Below, piece after piece: positions 18,504-27,354 of a DNA stretch of 64,000 nucleotides. Below the pieces are notes generated by a model. It searched no databases, was not told where the DNA came from, and saw only the letters and a list, made by a program, of their open reading frames with translations. The translations under genes and the position numbers were made by a program. Source of the DNA: Candidatus Omnitrophota bacterium (GTDB lineage: Bacteria > Omnitrophota > Gorgyraeia > Zapsychrales > JANLHA01); contig JAKLFA010000002.1 of assembly GCA_022711395.1 (NCBI GenBank), positions 3,864-67,863 on the forward strand. Direction: 5' to 3'. How positions within the stretch are numbered: position 1 is the first letter of the stretch; each line of letters starts with the position of its first letter.

Positions 18504-18820
18504 CGGCACTAAGGCACCAAGTCACTAAGGCACCAAGTCACTAAGGCACTAAGGCACTAAGGCACTATGACACTAAAAAATCAGGCACTAAGACACTACG
18601 ACACTCAGGCACTAGCAACATCTAGTGGCACGATGTTTTGGTTTAGGGTTTTAGTGTCACAGTGTCTTAGTGTCACAGTGTCTTGTTTTAAGGTTTTAGT
18701 GTCACAGTGTCTTAGTGTCACAGTGTCTTGTTTTAAGGTTTTAGTGTCATAGTGCCGTAGTGTCATGGTGTCTTGGTTTAAGGTTTATAGTGTCTCAGTG
18801 TCCTAGTGTCTTAGTGTCTA
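18504..18820 (+). repeat. large family-B palindromic element with a 4 x ~46-bp higher-order array
   Basis: Left arm: tandem octamers GGCACTAA/GGCACCAA/GTCACTAA up to ~18612. Loop contains TGGCACGATG. Right arm: four units [TGTTTTAAGGTTTT + AGTGTCACAGTGTCTTAGTGTCACAGTGTCT]. Confidence 0.9.
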
Positions 18821-18826
18821 TTAATT

Positions 18827-19543
18827 ATGCCCAATAAAACATCCATTAAGAGCAAGCGTCATCAGCCTCCGGGCTTTGAGATCCTGTATGAAGACCGGGA
18901 CGTCATCGTCGGCAGCAAGGAGTTCAATGTTTTGACCGTGAAGGCCAAATGGAACCGTGAGCAGACCGTCCACGCGGCCTTGAACCGCTATGTGCGCAAG
19001 GGCAACTCCCGCTCGCACAAATGCGTTTTTGTCGTCCACCGGCTGGACCAGCACACCTCGGGTGTCCTGATCTTCGCCAAGAGCCCGCAGGCCCAGGAAT
19101 TTTTGAAGGGCGACTGGAAAAATACCGAAAAGACCTATTACGCCGTGGTGCACGGCCGGCTGGCCGAAAAGAAAGGGACGTTCTCAAGTTATCTGGCGGA
19201 AGACGAGGATTATGTGGTCGCCTCCGTCCAGGACCCAAAAAAGGGGAAGCTCGCCCGGACCGCCTATGAAGTGGCCAGGGAAGCGAACAATCTTTCGATG
19301 GTGAAGATCCGTCTATTGACCGGCCGCAAGAACCAGATCCGCGTGCACTTCGCTGAAGCCGGCCATCCGGTCGTGGGGGACGCCAAATACGGCCGAAAGA
19401 GCAGCCATAAGCGACTGGCGCTGCACGCTCAGTCGATCAGCTTCACGCATCCGTTCAGCAAAGAGCGGATCACCGTCGAGTCGCCGCTGCCGCAGTATAT
19501 GGAGAATTTGTTAGCGAAAGAAACCAGGACGCCAAGGCGCTAA
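18827..19543 (+). CDS. RluA-family pseudouridine synthase
   Basis: VVHRLDQHTSGVLIFAKS catalytic motif. Confidence 0.85.
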   Translation: MPNKTSIKSKRHQPPGFEILYEDRDVIVGSKEFNVLTVKAKWNREQTVHAALNRYVRKGNSRSHKCVFVVHRLDQHTSGVLIFAKSPQAQEFLKGDWKNTEKTYYAVVHGRLAEKKGTFSSYLAEDEDYVVASVQDPKKGKLARTAYEVAREANNLSMVKIRLLTGRKNQIRVHFAEAGHPVVGDAKYGRKSSHKRLALHAQSISFTHPFSKERITVESPLPQYMENLLAKETRTPRR

Positions 19544-19573
19544 GGCGCGATCGTGCCTTGAAGAAAGGTTTTT

Positions 19574-20548
19574 ATGTCCACCTATCTTGTAACAGGCTGC
19601 GCGGGGTTCATCGGCGCCAAAACGGCCGAAATGCTCCTTCAAAAAGGGCACACGGTCATAGGCGTTGATAATCTTAATGACTATTACGATGTCCGCCTCA
19701 AAGAACACCGTTTAGGTTTACTCCGTGCTCCAGGTTCATTCACCTTCCATAAAATGGACATCGAAGACGAGGCTGCGGTGGGGCGCCTGTTCAAGAAATA
19801 CGCCTTTGACGCGGTCATTAACCTGGCGGCCCGGGCCGGCGCGCGCTACAGCATCGAGAATCCCTATATCTACAGCACCACCAATATCCATGCCGCGTTG
19901 AACCTTTTGGAAGCTTGCCGGAATTTTAAGGTCAAAAAATTTGTCCTGGCCTCATCGTCCTCGTTATACGCCGGCCAGAAAATGCCTTTTAAGGAAACAT
20001 TGCCGGTCAACGAACCGATCTCTCCTTACGCGGCCAGCAAAAAGGCCGCCGAGGTCATGGCCTACACCTATCATTATCTTTACGGGACCGACATAAGCAT
20101 TTTACGTTATTTCACCGTTTACGGCCCGGCGGGCCGGCCGGACATGAGCCCGTTCCGTTTCACGCGCTGGATCGTCGAAGGGGAGGCCATTCAGCTTTTT
20201 GGCGACGGGGAGCAGTCGCGGGATTTTACCTATGTGGATGATATCGCATCCGGCACCATCAAGGCCTTAAAAAGGGTCGGCTTTGAGGTCATCAACCTCG
20301 GCGGCGGGAAAAAACCCGTGACCATCAACTCGATGATCGCGCTGATGGAAAAATACACCGGCAAACAGGCCAGGGTCAAGCATCTGCCCGCCCATAAGGC
20401 TGATGTGGATTCGACCTGGGCGGATATTTCCAAAGCTAAAAAGCTCCTGAATTGGGAGCCGAAGGTGGAATTTGAAGAAGGCATCCGGCGCACCGTCGAA
20501 TGGTATTTGGCGAATCGCGCCTGGGCGGGGAGCATTCAAAGCAAATAG
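19574..20548 (+). CDS. NAD-dependent epimerase/dehydratase (UDP-glucuronate 4-epimerase-like SDR)
   Basis: GCAGFIGAKTAEMLL Rossmann motif and YAASKKAAE (YxxxK). Confidence 0.8.
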   Translation: MSTYLVTGCAGFIGAKTAEMLLQKGHTVIGVDNLNDYYDVRLKEHRLGLLRAPGSFTFHKMDIEDEAAVGRLFKKYAFDAVINLAARAGARYSIENPYIYSTTNIHAALNLLEACRNFKVKKFVLASSSSLYAGQKMPFKETLPVNEPISPYAASKKAAEVMAYTYHYLYGTDISILRYFTVYGPAGRPDMSPFRFTRWIVEGEAIQLFGDGEQSRDFTYVDDIASGTIKALKRVGFEVINLGGGKKPVTINSMIALMEKYTGKQARVKHLPAHKADVDSTWADISKAKKLLNWEPKVEFEEGIRRTVEWYLANRAWAGSIQSK

Positions 20549-20550
20549 CG

Positions 20551-21750
20551 ATGAAAAAACTTCTGATCGTTGTTCAGCGATTTCCGGTCCTTTCCGAGAC
20601 CTTTATTGAAGACCACGTCCTTGGCTTCGCGCAAAGGAGCAGCTTTGATGTTTCGCTTCTGATCCTCGAGGGCGCGCTGCCGCCGGAGGATGTCCCGGAT
20701 CCGCTCAAAAGCCTGGCCAGGGTCTTTAGGGTCACGCGCCCCAAGACGGAGTTTAAAAAAACAGCGGCTCTTTTAAAAATCATTTTCCGTTTCTTTCATA
20801 AGTGGCCGCTCCTTTTAAAAGCGGTGTCGATCCCCGGCCCCGGGGCCTGGGAGCGGCTCTTTATCCTTGAGCATGTCTTAAGCGGCGGCTATGACCTGAT
20901 GCATTGCCATTTCGGCACGGCCGCCAACACGGTCCTGTTTTTAAAGGACCTGTTCCCGTCGATGAAACTGGTGGTGAGCTTTTTGGGGTATGATATCCAC
21001 AAATACCCGCATGAGCATGGCGCCGGTGTTTACGCGGGGCTGTTTTTACGGATGGACAGGGCGGTGGTGAACACGCGTTTTTCGAAAGACAAGCTCATCG
21101 CGCTGGGCTGCCCGCCGGAAAAGGTCTCGCTTATCCCGCTGGGGTTTGACCTGGCGCAGACGCCTTTTAAGGTCCGTCCGGCGCCGTCCGGCGGAAGGAT
21201 CAAGTTCGTCTGCGTGGGCCGCCTGGTCGAAAAAAAAGGCCACAGCGATCTTTTAAAGGCCTTTGACCAGGTCCTTGATCAATACCCCTTTGCCGAGCTC
21301 CATCTGGTGGGCGACGGGCCGCTGGCGAAAGACCTGGAAAGCGAGGCGCGGCAGCTGGGGGTCCTGGACGCGGTCTTTTTTTACGGGGCGCTTTCCAGAA
21401 AAAAGGCCCACCGGATCTGTGATGAATGCCATATCTTTGTGATCGCCTGCCGCACGGCCGCTGATCAGAACATGGAAGGCCAGTGCCTGGTTTTGCAGGA
21501 GGCGCAGGCGATGGGGCTGCCGGTCATCTCAACGCGGCACAACGGGATCCCCGAGGGTGTTTTAGACGGGGAGAGCGGTTTTCTGGTCGCGGAACGGGAC
21601 GTGTCGGCGCTTGCCAGCAAGATGTGCTATCTGGCCGGCCATCCGAAGCTTTGGCCGGACATGGGCGAAAAAGGGCGCCGGTTCGTGGAGTCCAAATACA
21701 AGCTTTCGGACATGCTCACGGCGCTGGAGAAGATGGCCTATGAGGCGTAA
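20551..21750 (+). CDS. glycosyltransferase family 4
   Basis: GT-B fold with EX7E region QEAQAMGLPVISTRHNGIPEGVLDGESGFLV. ATG at 20551 immediately after the upstream stop. Confidence 0.8.
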   Translation: MKKLLIVVQRFPVLSETFIEDHVLGFAQRSSFDVSLLILEGALPPEDVPDPLKSLARVFRVTRPKTEFKKTAALLKIIFRFFHKWPLLLKAVSIPGPGAWERLFILEHVLSGGYDLMHCHFGTAANTVLFLKDLFPSMKLVVSFLGYDIHKYPHEHGAGVYAGLFLRMDRAVVNTRFSKDKLIALGCPPEKVSLIPLGFDLAQTPFKVRPAPSGGRIKFVCVGRLVEKKGHSDLLKAFDQVLDQYPFAELHLVGDGPLAKDLESEARQLGVLDAVFFYGALSRKKAHRICDECHIFVIACRTAADQNMEGQCLVLQEAQAMGLPVISTRHNGIPEGVLDGESGFLVAERDVSALASKMCYLAGHPKLWPDMGEKGRRFVESKYKLSDMLTALEKMAYEA

Positions 21751-21760
21751 GGAGAAAAAG

Positions 21761-22588
21761 ATGCCCGGTTTCTGCTGCCTGCTTGTTCTCACAGGCTTTC
21801 TTGCGGCGGGGCCGGCCTTCGCGCAAGGCCCGGCGGAGGGTCCGGCATCGCAGATCAGCGCGCGCATCGAGAGGCTTCAAGCGCGATATCAGATATCATT
21901 TAAATACGCGGATTTTCCGAAGATGCCGGATATCTTGAAATTCAAAGAGATCTCTGCCGCTGAAGAGGGGCAGAGGGGACTGTCCCCTTTGGGTTTCGGC
22001 GAATACAGGCTTTTGGATGAATATCTGGCGCTCTTTGAGGAAGAGATCAGCAAATACCCGGCCGGGTTCTTTAAGGACCAGGATGTGCGCGGCATCGGGT
22101 TTGTGCGGGCGCTGTTTTTTAAGGGCAAGTCCGCCCAGGGTCTTTATAACCACGGCGCGCGCGTGATGTTCTTTGATATTTCGCGGTTTCGCCGCAACAA
22201 GGCCCAGCAAAGGCACAGCATCCATCATGAGATCTTTCATATGATGATGGAGAAAAAAGGCTACCCGCTTTTTTATGAACAGTGGGCGGCTTTGAACACG
22301 CCCGGTTTTGTTTACGGAAAACAGAGCAAGCCCTTAACAGAGGTGAATCCCTACAATACCACGGCCCCGAACCAGCTGGGGTTTGTCTCCTATTACGCCA
22401 TGGAATCTGCGGCCGAAGACCAGGCCGAGGTCTTCGCCTGCCTGATGCAGGAGAAACACCGTAAGATCATTGAAGGCTGGGCGCTTAAAGATGAGGCCAT
22501 GGCCAAAAAGGTCCAGATGATCAAGGACTTCGCCCAATACTACCATCCGGAAATGGGGGAGAAATACTGGAGGACGGATAACAGATAG
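21761..22588 (+). CDS. secreted hypothetical protein with HExxH-like motif
   Basis: RBS AAGGAG; signal peptide MPGFCCLLVLTGFLAAGPAFA; IHHEIFHM motif. The C-terminal codons overlap a family-C repeat. Confidence 0.4.
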   Translation: MPGFCCLLVLTGFLAAGPAFAQGPAEGPASQISARIERLQARYQISFKYADFPKMPDILKFKEISAAEEGQRGLSPLGFGEYRLLDEYLALFEEEISKYPAGFFKDQDVRGIGFVRALFFKGKSAQGLYNHGARVMFFDISRFRRNKAQQRHSIHHEIFHMMMEKKGYPLFYEQWAALNTPGFVYGKQSKPLTEVNPYNTTAPNQLGFVSYYAMESAAEDQAEVFACLMQEKHRKIIEGWALKDEAMAKKVQMIKDFAQYYHPEMGEKYWRTDNR

Positions 22589-22672
22589 CGCGACCGGAGG
22601 GAGTCCTGAACGTAGTGAAGGAGAGAGCGGACAACCGAGAACGGAGAGCGGATCATGGATTTTAAGGTTTTA
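22569..22672 (+). repeat. family-C element (GGAGRACGG / GGACGGATAA heptamers + GGATTTTAAGGTTTT core)
   Basis: Direct reading of the sequence. Overlaps the stop of the upstream gene and marks the left edge of the AbiE/nuclease island. Confidence 0.7.
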
Positions 22673-22749
22673 GTAGCTTGTTTTTCAATAAAAATGTGGT
22701 ATGCTATTTCTGTATAAAAGTTATACGTTAGTACCTTAATATATTACTT

Positions 22750-23550
22750 ATGGCAAATAAAAATACAATAAGTGCTTTAAGTCAAAAAGAGGCCGAAATT
22801 GCCGCCCGCCTGTCCTATGAAAAAAAGGATATCGTAACGGCACAGGAATTGGACTCATTTTTGCCCGATGATTTTCAGTACCGGAAACAGCTGGTTTATG
22901 ATCTGAAAAAGAAGGGAATGTTGCGCCCCATTAAAAGGGGTGTTTATATCTTTGTCCCCCTGGAGTCTCTGGCGACTGGGCGCCGTGTCAGCGAGTTTTT
23001 GGTCCCGCCTGTTTTTTTCCCGGAGGATAATTACTATATCGGGTATTCCACGATGTTTAATTATTATCATTTCACGGAGCAGCAGTTTCAGGCCGTGTAT
23101 GTTTTGAATACCACCCGCTGCATGGAACGTGTCATTGCCGGAGTCACGTTCAAATTTGTCAAAACGCCGTTGAACCGGTTTTATGGACTGGAAAAGATCA
23201 GGATCAAGGACAAGGATGTCGTTGTGAGTTCTAAGGAAAGGACACTGGTTGATCTCGTGTATTTTAACCGTCCGGTCGGAGGGATCCGATCCGCGGCTGA
23301 AATTTTAAAGCGTTTTGTTGTTGAAAAAAAATGCGACATCAAAAAGCTGATCGAATGTGCCCTCCGGTTTCCGGGGATCAAGACCCGAAAGATCATTGGA
23401 TTGAGCCTTGAGCAGGCGGGCGTTTCCGAAAGGCTGCTGAAGCCCCTTGAGCGGACCATCGAGGATAGCGCTGTGATCTCATTGTCTGAATCCCGCCGGG
23501 GAACGATCAACGCGAAATGGAAAGTCATTATTCATGCTCCACAGGGATAA
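22750..23550 (+). CDS. AbiEi-family antitoxin/transcriptional regulator-like protein (type IV TA)
   Basis: N-terminal wHTH with MLRPIKRGVYIF signature. Immediately upstream of, and overlapping, an AbiEii gene. Confidence 0.6.
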   Translation: MANKNTISALSQKEAEIAARLSYEKKDIVTAQELDSFLPDDFQYRKQLVYDLKKKGMLRPIKRGVYIFVPLESLATGRRVSEFLVPPVFFPEDNYYIGYSTMFNYYHFTEQQFQAVYVLNTTRCMERVIAGVTFKFVKTPLNRFYGLEKIRIKDKDVVVSSKERTLVDLVYFNRPVGGIRSAAEILKRFVVEKKCDIKKLIECALRFPGIKTRKIIGLSLEQAGVSERLLKPLERTIEDSAVISLSESRRGTINAKWKVIIHAPQG

Positions 23551-24433
23551 AGAAGCATTTGCTGAATTGATCGATCGTGCCGCCTCAGCGGCAGGGTTTT
23601 ATGCGCTTTTGATGGAAAAGGATTATTATTTGACGCTGATCCTTTCAAGGGTCCATGAGCTTTCAGACGATCTGGTGTTTAAAGGAGGGACGTGCCTCAA
23701 TAAGATCTACTATTCGTATTACCGGTTAAGCGAGGACCTGGATTTCAGCATGGTGCTGCCTCAGTATGAGGCCACGCGCACCCAGCGCCGTCAGTGCATA
23801 GGGCCGGTCAAAGACAAGATCGAGTCATTCGCTCAAAGTTTTGATATGCGGATCGAAGGGGCGGATCAAGCCGGGCGCAACGAATCCAGGCAATATGTTT
23901 ATTATTTTGTGTATGATTCGGCGCTGATCCCTTCCCGGCAGATGATCAAGGTTGAGATCGGCTTGAGATTTAACCCGATCCTTCCGGCTGAAGTGGGGGA
24001 AGTGAAGCATAAATTTTTGCACCCGTTTACCGGGGAGCCGCTGTTTGACGGCGGAACGGTCCGCTCTCTGTCTCTTAAGGAGGCTGTGAGCGAAAAGCTC
24101 AGGGCCGCGGCCTTGAGGGAGCCGATCGCGCCGAGGGATTTTTATGATCTGGATTTTGTGATACGGCAGGGCTTTGATCTGGGGGACCCGCAAGTGTTAA
24201 AACTGTTTGCCGCGAAGGTCAAAGAGGACGGGGGCGATCCTGATCCGGAAAAGTACCGGCTCAATCTCGGCCGCCCGGAGCGGGAGATCCATGACATGCG
24301 CTCGCGCATTGAGAATGAGCTGTTTGATGTTTTAACGGCCGGCGAAAGGAAAAATTTTGACCTGGACGCCGCGCTTAAGAGGATCAATCTTGCGATGGAT
24401 GACGGAGAACGGAGAACGGAGAATGGAGAATAG
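23534..24433 (+). CDS. AbiEii/AbiGii-family nucleotidyltransferase toxin
   Basis: LVFKGGTCLNKIYYSYYRLSEDLDFS motif (DUF1814). Confidence 0.8.
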   Translation: MLHRDKEAFAELIDRAASAAGFYALLMEKDYYLTLILSRVHELSDDLVFKGGTCLNKIYYSYYRLSEDLDFSMVLPQYEATRTQRRQCIGPVKDKIESFAQSFDMRIEGADQAGRNESRQYVYYFVYDSALIPSRQMIKVEIGLRFNPILPAEVGEVKHKFLHPFTGEPLFDGGTVRSLSLKEAVSEKLRAAALREPIAPRDFYDLDFVIRQGFDLGDPQVLKLFAAKVKEDGGDPDPEKYRLNLGRPEREIHDMRSRIENELFDVLTAGERKNFDLDAALKRINLAMDDGERRTENGE

Positions 24434-24552
24434 AGGACGGATAATTGATAACGGATAGCGGAGAGAAGATACAAGGAGAACGGGAAACAGAGAACAGATA
24501 ACGGATTTTAAGGTTTTGATTTTTCCGCTTTCCGTCATCTGTTCTCTATCAT
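24401..24552 (+). repeat. family-C palindromic element
   Basis: GGAGAACGGAGAACGGAGAATGGAGAATAG ... GGATTTTAAGGTTTTGATTTTTCCGCTTTCCGTCATCTGTTCTCTATC. The first part encodes the C-terminus ...DDGERRTENGE* of the AbiEii protein. Confidence 0.85.
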
Positions 24553-24620
24553 AAAAGTGTACGTCACCGCTATCGTCAGCAAATATTGCATTAATTTATC
24601 AAATATGTTAAACTATCGTT

Positions 24621-25259
24621 ATGAAATATGAAGAATTCGTTAAATATGTGCGTGATTTGCCGGTTATTGAATCAGAGCTCTTTATTGCCACTGAGCCAAA
24701 TCCTGATGCGCTTAAGGTTCAGTTTAGCCGGTGGGTTGCTACGGGTAAACTGATCCAATTGCGGCGCGGTGTCTATGTGCTGCCTGCGCATTATTGTGAT
24801 AAGCCGGGCAATGCGTTTTATGCGGCCAATATTTTGAAAAAGCCATCCTATATCAGTCTCGAAAAGGCATTGGAATTTTATGGTCTGATTCCGGAGGCGG
24901 TCAGGGTTTTTACATCCGTGACGAGCAAACGGGCGGGGCATTTTGAAAATGATCTCGGAGAATTTGATTACCGGCATATTCATCCGGATTTGTTTTGGGG
25001 ATATCAGCCGGTGAAGCTGGAAGGTCAGAATGTTCTGATGGCGCGTCCCGAAAAGGCTGTTCTGGATTTGATGTACCTTAACGCGGTGGATGTTTCTTCG
25101 GAATTTTTTGACGGATTACGTCTGCAGAATATCGAAAGCCTGAACGCTGCGCAGCTGGCTGATGATGCCAGGCGTTTTGGTAAGTCGGTGATGGTCAAAC
25201 GGGCGAATGTGCTGGCCGAATATCTTAAAGGCCTCCAGCAGGGAGAAAGGCGTTTATGA
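24621..25259 (+). CDS. AbiEi-family antitoxin-like protein (second copy)
   Basis: LIQLRRGVYVLP signature; overlaps the downstream AbiEii gene. Confidence 0.65.
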   Translation: MKYEEFVKYVRDLPVIESELFIATEPNPDALKVQFSRWVATGKLIQLRRGVYVLPAHYCDKPGNAFYAANILKKPSYISLEKALEFYGLIPEAVRVFTSVTSKRAGHFENDLGEFDYRHIHPDLFWGYQPVKLEGQNVLMARPEKAVLDLMYLNAVDVSSEFFDGLRLQNIESLNAAQLADDARRFGKSVMVKRANVLAEYLKGLQQGERRL

Positions 25260-26059
25260 AGGATTATGCTGTTTCATTAGCTGTTTCGCAACAAGGCATG
25301 GATCAAAAGCGCAATATTCTACGTGAATATATCCAATCGTATGCGTTGTCCTTGCTGCAAAAGAGCGGGGTTTTTCAGGCATGGGCGTTTGTCGGAGGGA
25401 CAGCATTGAGATTTTTGTATGATCTTCCGCGTTTCTCAGAGGACCTGGATTTTTCGTTGGAGAAGCCCTTTGAGAAGGATTTTGAGGATGTCCTTAAGTT
25501 TTTAAAAGACGAATTAAACGCTGCAGGATACAACGTGGAGGTGTCTTGCCGCGTTCAGAAAACGGTTCAATCAGCGATGGTGAGGTTTTCCGGTTTGCTT
25601 TACGAAACGGGGATCTCACCGTTGAAAGATCAAAAAATGTCGATTAAGATCGAGATCGATACCCATCCTCCTGACGGCGCCGCTTGTGTCACAAAGCTGA
25701 TCAACCGCTATATGCCGATCTCATTTTTATCTTATGATATTCCATCGTTGTTTTCCGGAAAAATTCATGCCCTGTTAAGCCGTCCGTATACAAAGGGAAG
25801 GGATTTTTATGATGTGTGTTGGTATGTTTCAAAATTCAAGGATTTGACGCCTAATATGATTTTTCTGTGTAATGCTTTGAAACAGACAGGGTGGGAAAGG
25901 GATCTTCCAACAGCGCGGGATTGGAAGAATTATGTTGCGGATGCTGTTGAACAGGTGGATTGGGCGGTTATTTCTAAAGATGTCACGCCTTTTTTGGAAC
26001 GTTCCGGGGATATGGATGTCTTTACAAAAGAACAGATTTTGATAATGCTGAAGGGGTAA
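25256..26059 (+). CDS. AbiEii-family nucleotidyltransferase toxin (second copy)
   Basis: FVGGTALRFLYDLPRFSEDLDFS motif. Confidence 0.8.
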   Translation: MKDYAVSLAVSQQGMDQKRNILREYIQSYALSLLQKSGVFQAWAFVGGTALRFLYDLPRFSEDLDFSLEKPFEKDFEDVLKFLKDELNAAGYNVEVSCRVQKTVQSAMVRFSGLLYETGISPLKDQKMSIKIEIDTHPPDGAACVTKLINRYMPISFLSYDIPSLFSGKIHALLSRPYTKGRDFYDVCWYVSKFKDLTPNMIFLCNALKQTGWERDLPTARDWKNYVADAVEQVDWAVISKDVTPFLERSGDMDVFTKEQILIMLKG

Positions 26060-26112
26060 GTGTTAGCCGAAATCAACCTCCGAGGTTAGGATGGCAGGAA
26101 TGCAAATCATGA

Positions 26113-26153
26113 AGAGCGGATTTTAAGGTTTTGATTTTTCCGTAATCCGTACT
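26113..26153 (+). repeat. family-C mini element (AGAGCGGATTTTAAGGTTTTGATTTTTCCGTAATCCG)
   Basis: Shares the GATTTTAAGGTTTTGATTTTTCCG core with 24500-24530. Confidence 0.7.
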
Positions 26154-26170
26154 CCTATATTAAGGGCCAA

Positions 26171-27073
26171 ATGGACAAACGCCTTAAAAACATCATTTCC
26201 CGTTTGGAGATCTTTGAGACTGAGATCAAGGACAACGATATCCGTCTCAAAAAACTCCAGTACGCCTGGGAGATCGGCCGCGACGCCTGTCAGTACAAGA
26301 AGGAGACCGGCACGCCGATCAATGAGATCGGCCGCGAATGCGGGATCATGGAATCGACCATGCAGAGGTTTGTGAGGTTTTATCAGTTCTATCCTAAAGG
26401 GTATAAAGAGTCGATCAGCGGAAAGCCTTTGATGTGGGGACACTATATGGCGGTCATGTATGTGCGCGATCAAAAGGAACGGGACTGGTATCTTAAGGAA
26501 GCGGCCCTCAATGAATGGAGCACGCATGAGATACGCCGCCGGGTGCGCAACAATTTTTACGAAAGCGCGGCCGAGGCCTCGCAGGCATCTTCATCCGTCA
26601 ATGGGCAGACGCTTTCGGCAGTGGAGCAGCAGCTCTATACCTACGCGGCGAAGGTCTTAAAGGTCGTGGACGGCGATACGCTCAACGTGGAAGTGGATGT
26701 TGGCTTCTCGATGCGGTATGAGACCAAGCTTCGCCTGCGCGGCATCAACTGCGCGGAGCGCGGAACCAAGAAGGGCGAAGCTGCCAAGAAGTTCGTTGAA
26801 GACGAACTTCTTGGCAAGACACTAAGTCACTATGACACTGAGTCACTAAGCAGTGCCTCGGATTCTAGTGGTTTGGAAGTTCAGTGTCCTAGTGCCTTAG
26901 TGTCTCAGTGTCCAGGTATTGTAATAAGATCGTACAAAAGTGAAAAGTACGGCCGCTTTCTCGCTGATGTTTGGTATCTGAAAGGCGAGACAAACAGCGA
27001 GGCCATCTTAAAAAATGGAAAGCTGTTAAATCAGGTTCTTTTAGATAAGGGTTATGCTCAAAAGGTGGAGTGA
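26171..27073 (+). CDS. DUF1016_N (YhcG-like N-terminal domain) fused to staphylococcal-nuclease-like (SNase/thermonuclease) domain; carries an in-frame repeat insertion
   Basis: N-terminal YAWEIGRD...WGHYMAVMYV...WYLKEAALNEWSTHEIRRRV pattern. SNase motifs LKVVDGDTLNVEV, LRLRGINCAE and EKYGRFLADVWY. Insertion at ~26817-26916 encodes LSHYDTESLSSASDSSGLEVQCPSALVSQCPG. Confidence 0.6.
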   Translation: MDKRLKNIISRLEIFETEIKDNDIRLKKLQYAWEIGRDACQYKKETGTPINEIGRECGIMESTMQRFVRFYQFYPKGYKESISGKPLMWGHYMAVMYVRDQKERDWYLKEAALNEWSTHEIRRRVRNNFYESAAEASQASSSVNGQTLSAVEQQLYTYAAKVLKVVDGDTLNVEVDVGFSMRYETKLRLRGINCAERGTKKGEAAKKFVEDELLGKTLSHYDTESLSSASDSSGLEVQCPSALVSQCPGIVIRSYKSEKYGRFLADVWYLKGETNSEAILKNGKLLNQVLLDKGYAQKVE

Positions 27074-27111
27074 GTATTTGTCGAAGTCCTGCGTAGCTAA
27101 ACACGATAAGT

Positions 27112-27216
27112 ATTTAGCGAAGCATGGAGCGAAACCGATCCGGAAGTGATTTTGAAGAAGGGGAAGATGCTTAATCAAGTTCTTTTAGATAAGGGTTATG
27201 CTCAAAAGGTGGAATG
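27112..27216 (+). pseudogene. duplicated 3' fragment of an SNase-type nuclease gene
   Basis: Encodes ...TDPEVILKKGKMLNQVLLDKGYAQKVE*. Its 3' half is near-identical to the end of the intact gene (27005-27073) and its 5' half is near-identical to the fragment at 30297-30390. Confidence 0.5.
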
Positions 27217-27354
27217 AGGGTTTGGTTTTTCTTTTTCCGTTGTCTGTATGATGTACGTCATGTTTATGTGCGTTTATTTGAATAATGTTGTGGAATGCCA
27301 GAGCAAAGATTAGTCCCAGTATTTCTATCTGGTTGATTAGATAAAGGAGCGCGA

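Noticed and set aside
18615-18630. TGGCACGATGTTTTGG in the loop of the large family-B element as a sigma-54 -24 box
   Set aside because: No TTGC -12 element follows at the correct spacing. GGCAC is intrinsic to the family-B octamer, so the match is probably incidental.
18567-18752. ORF 18567..18752 (MTLKNQALRHYDTQ...VLVSQCLSVTVSC)
   Set aside because: It lies entirely within the family-B palindromic element between two genes and is a translation of the repeat arms.
21761-22588. HEIFH as a zincin active site in the secreted protein
   Set aside because: A lone HExxH without a recognisable third ligand or a Met-turn. It is kept only as a motif note and is not annotated as a peptidase.
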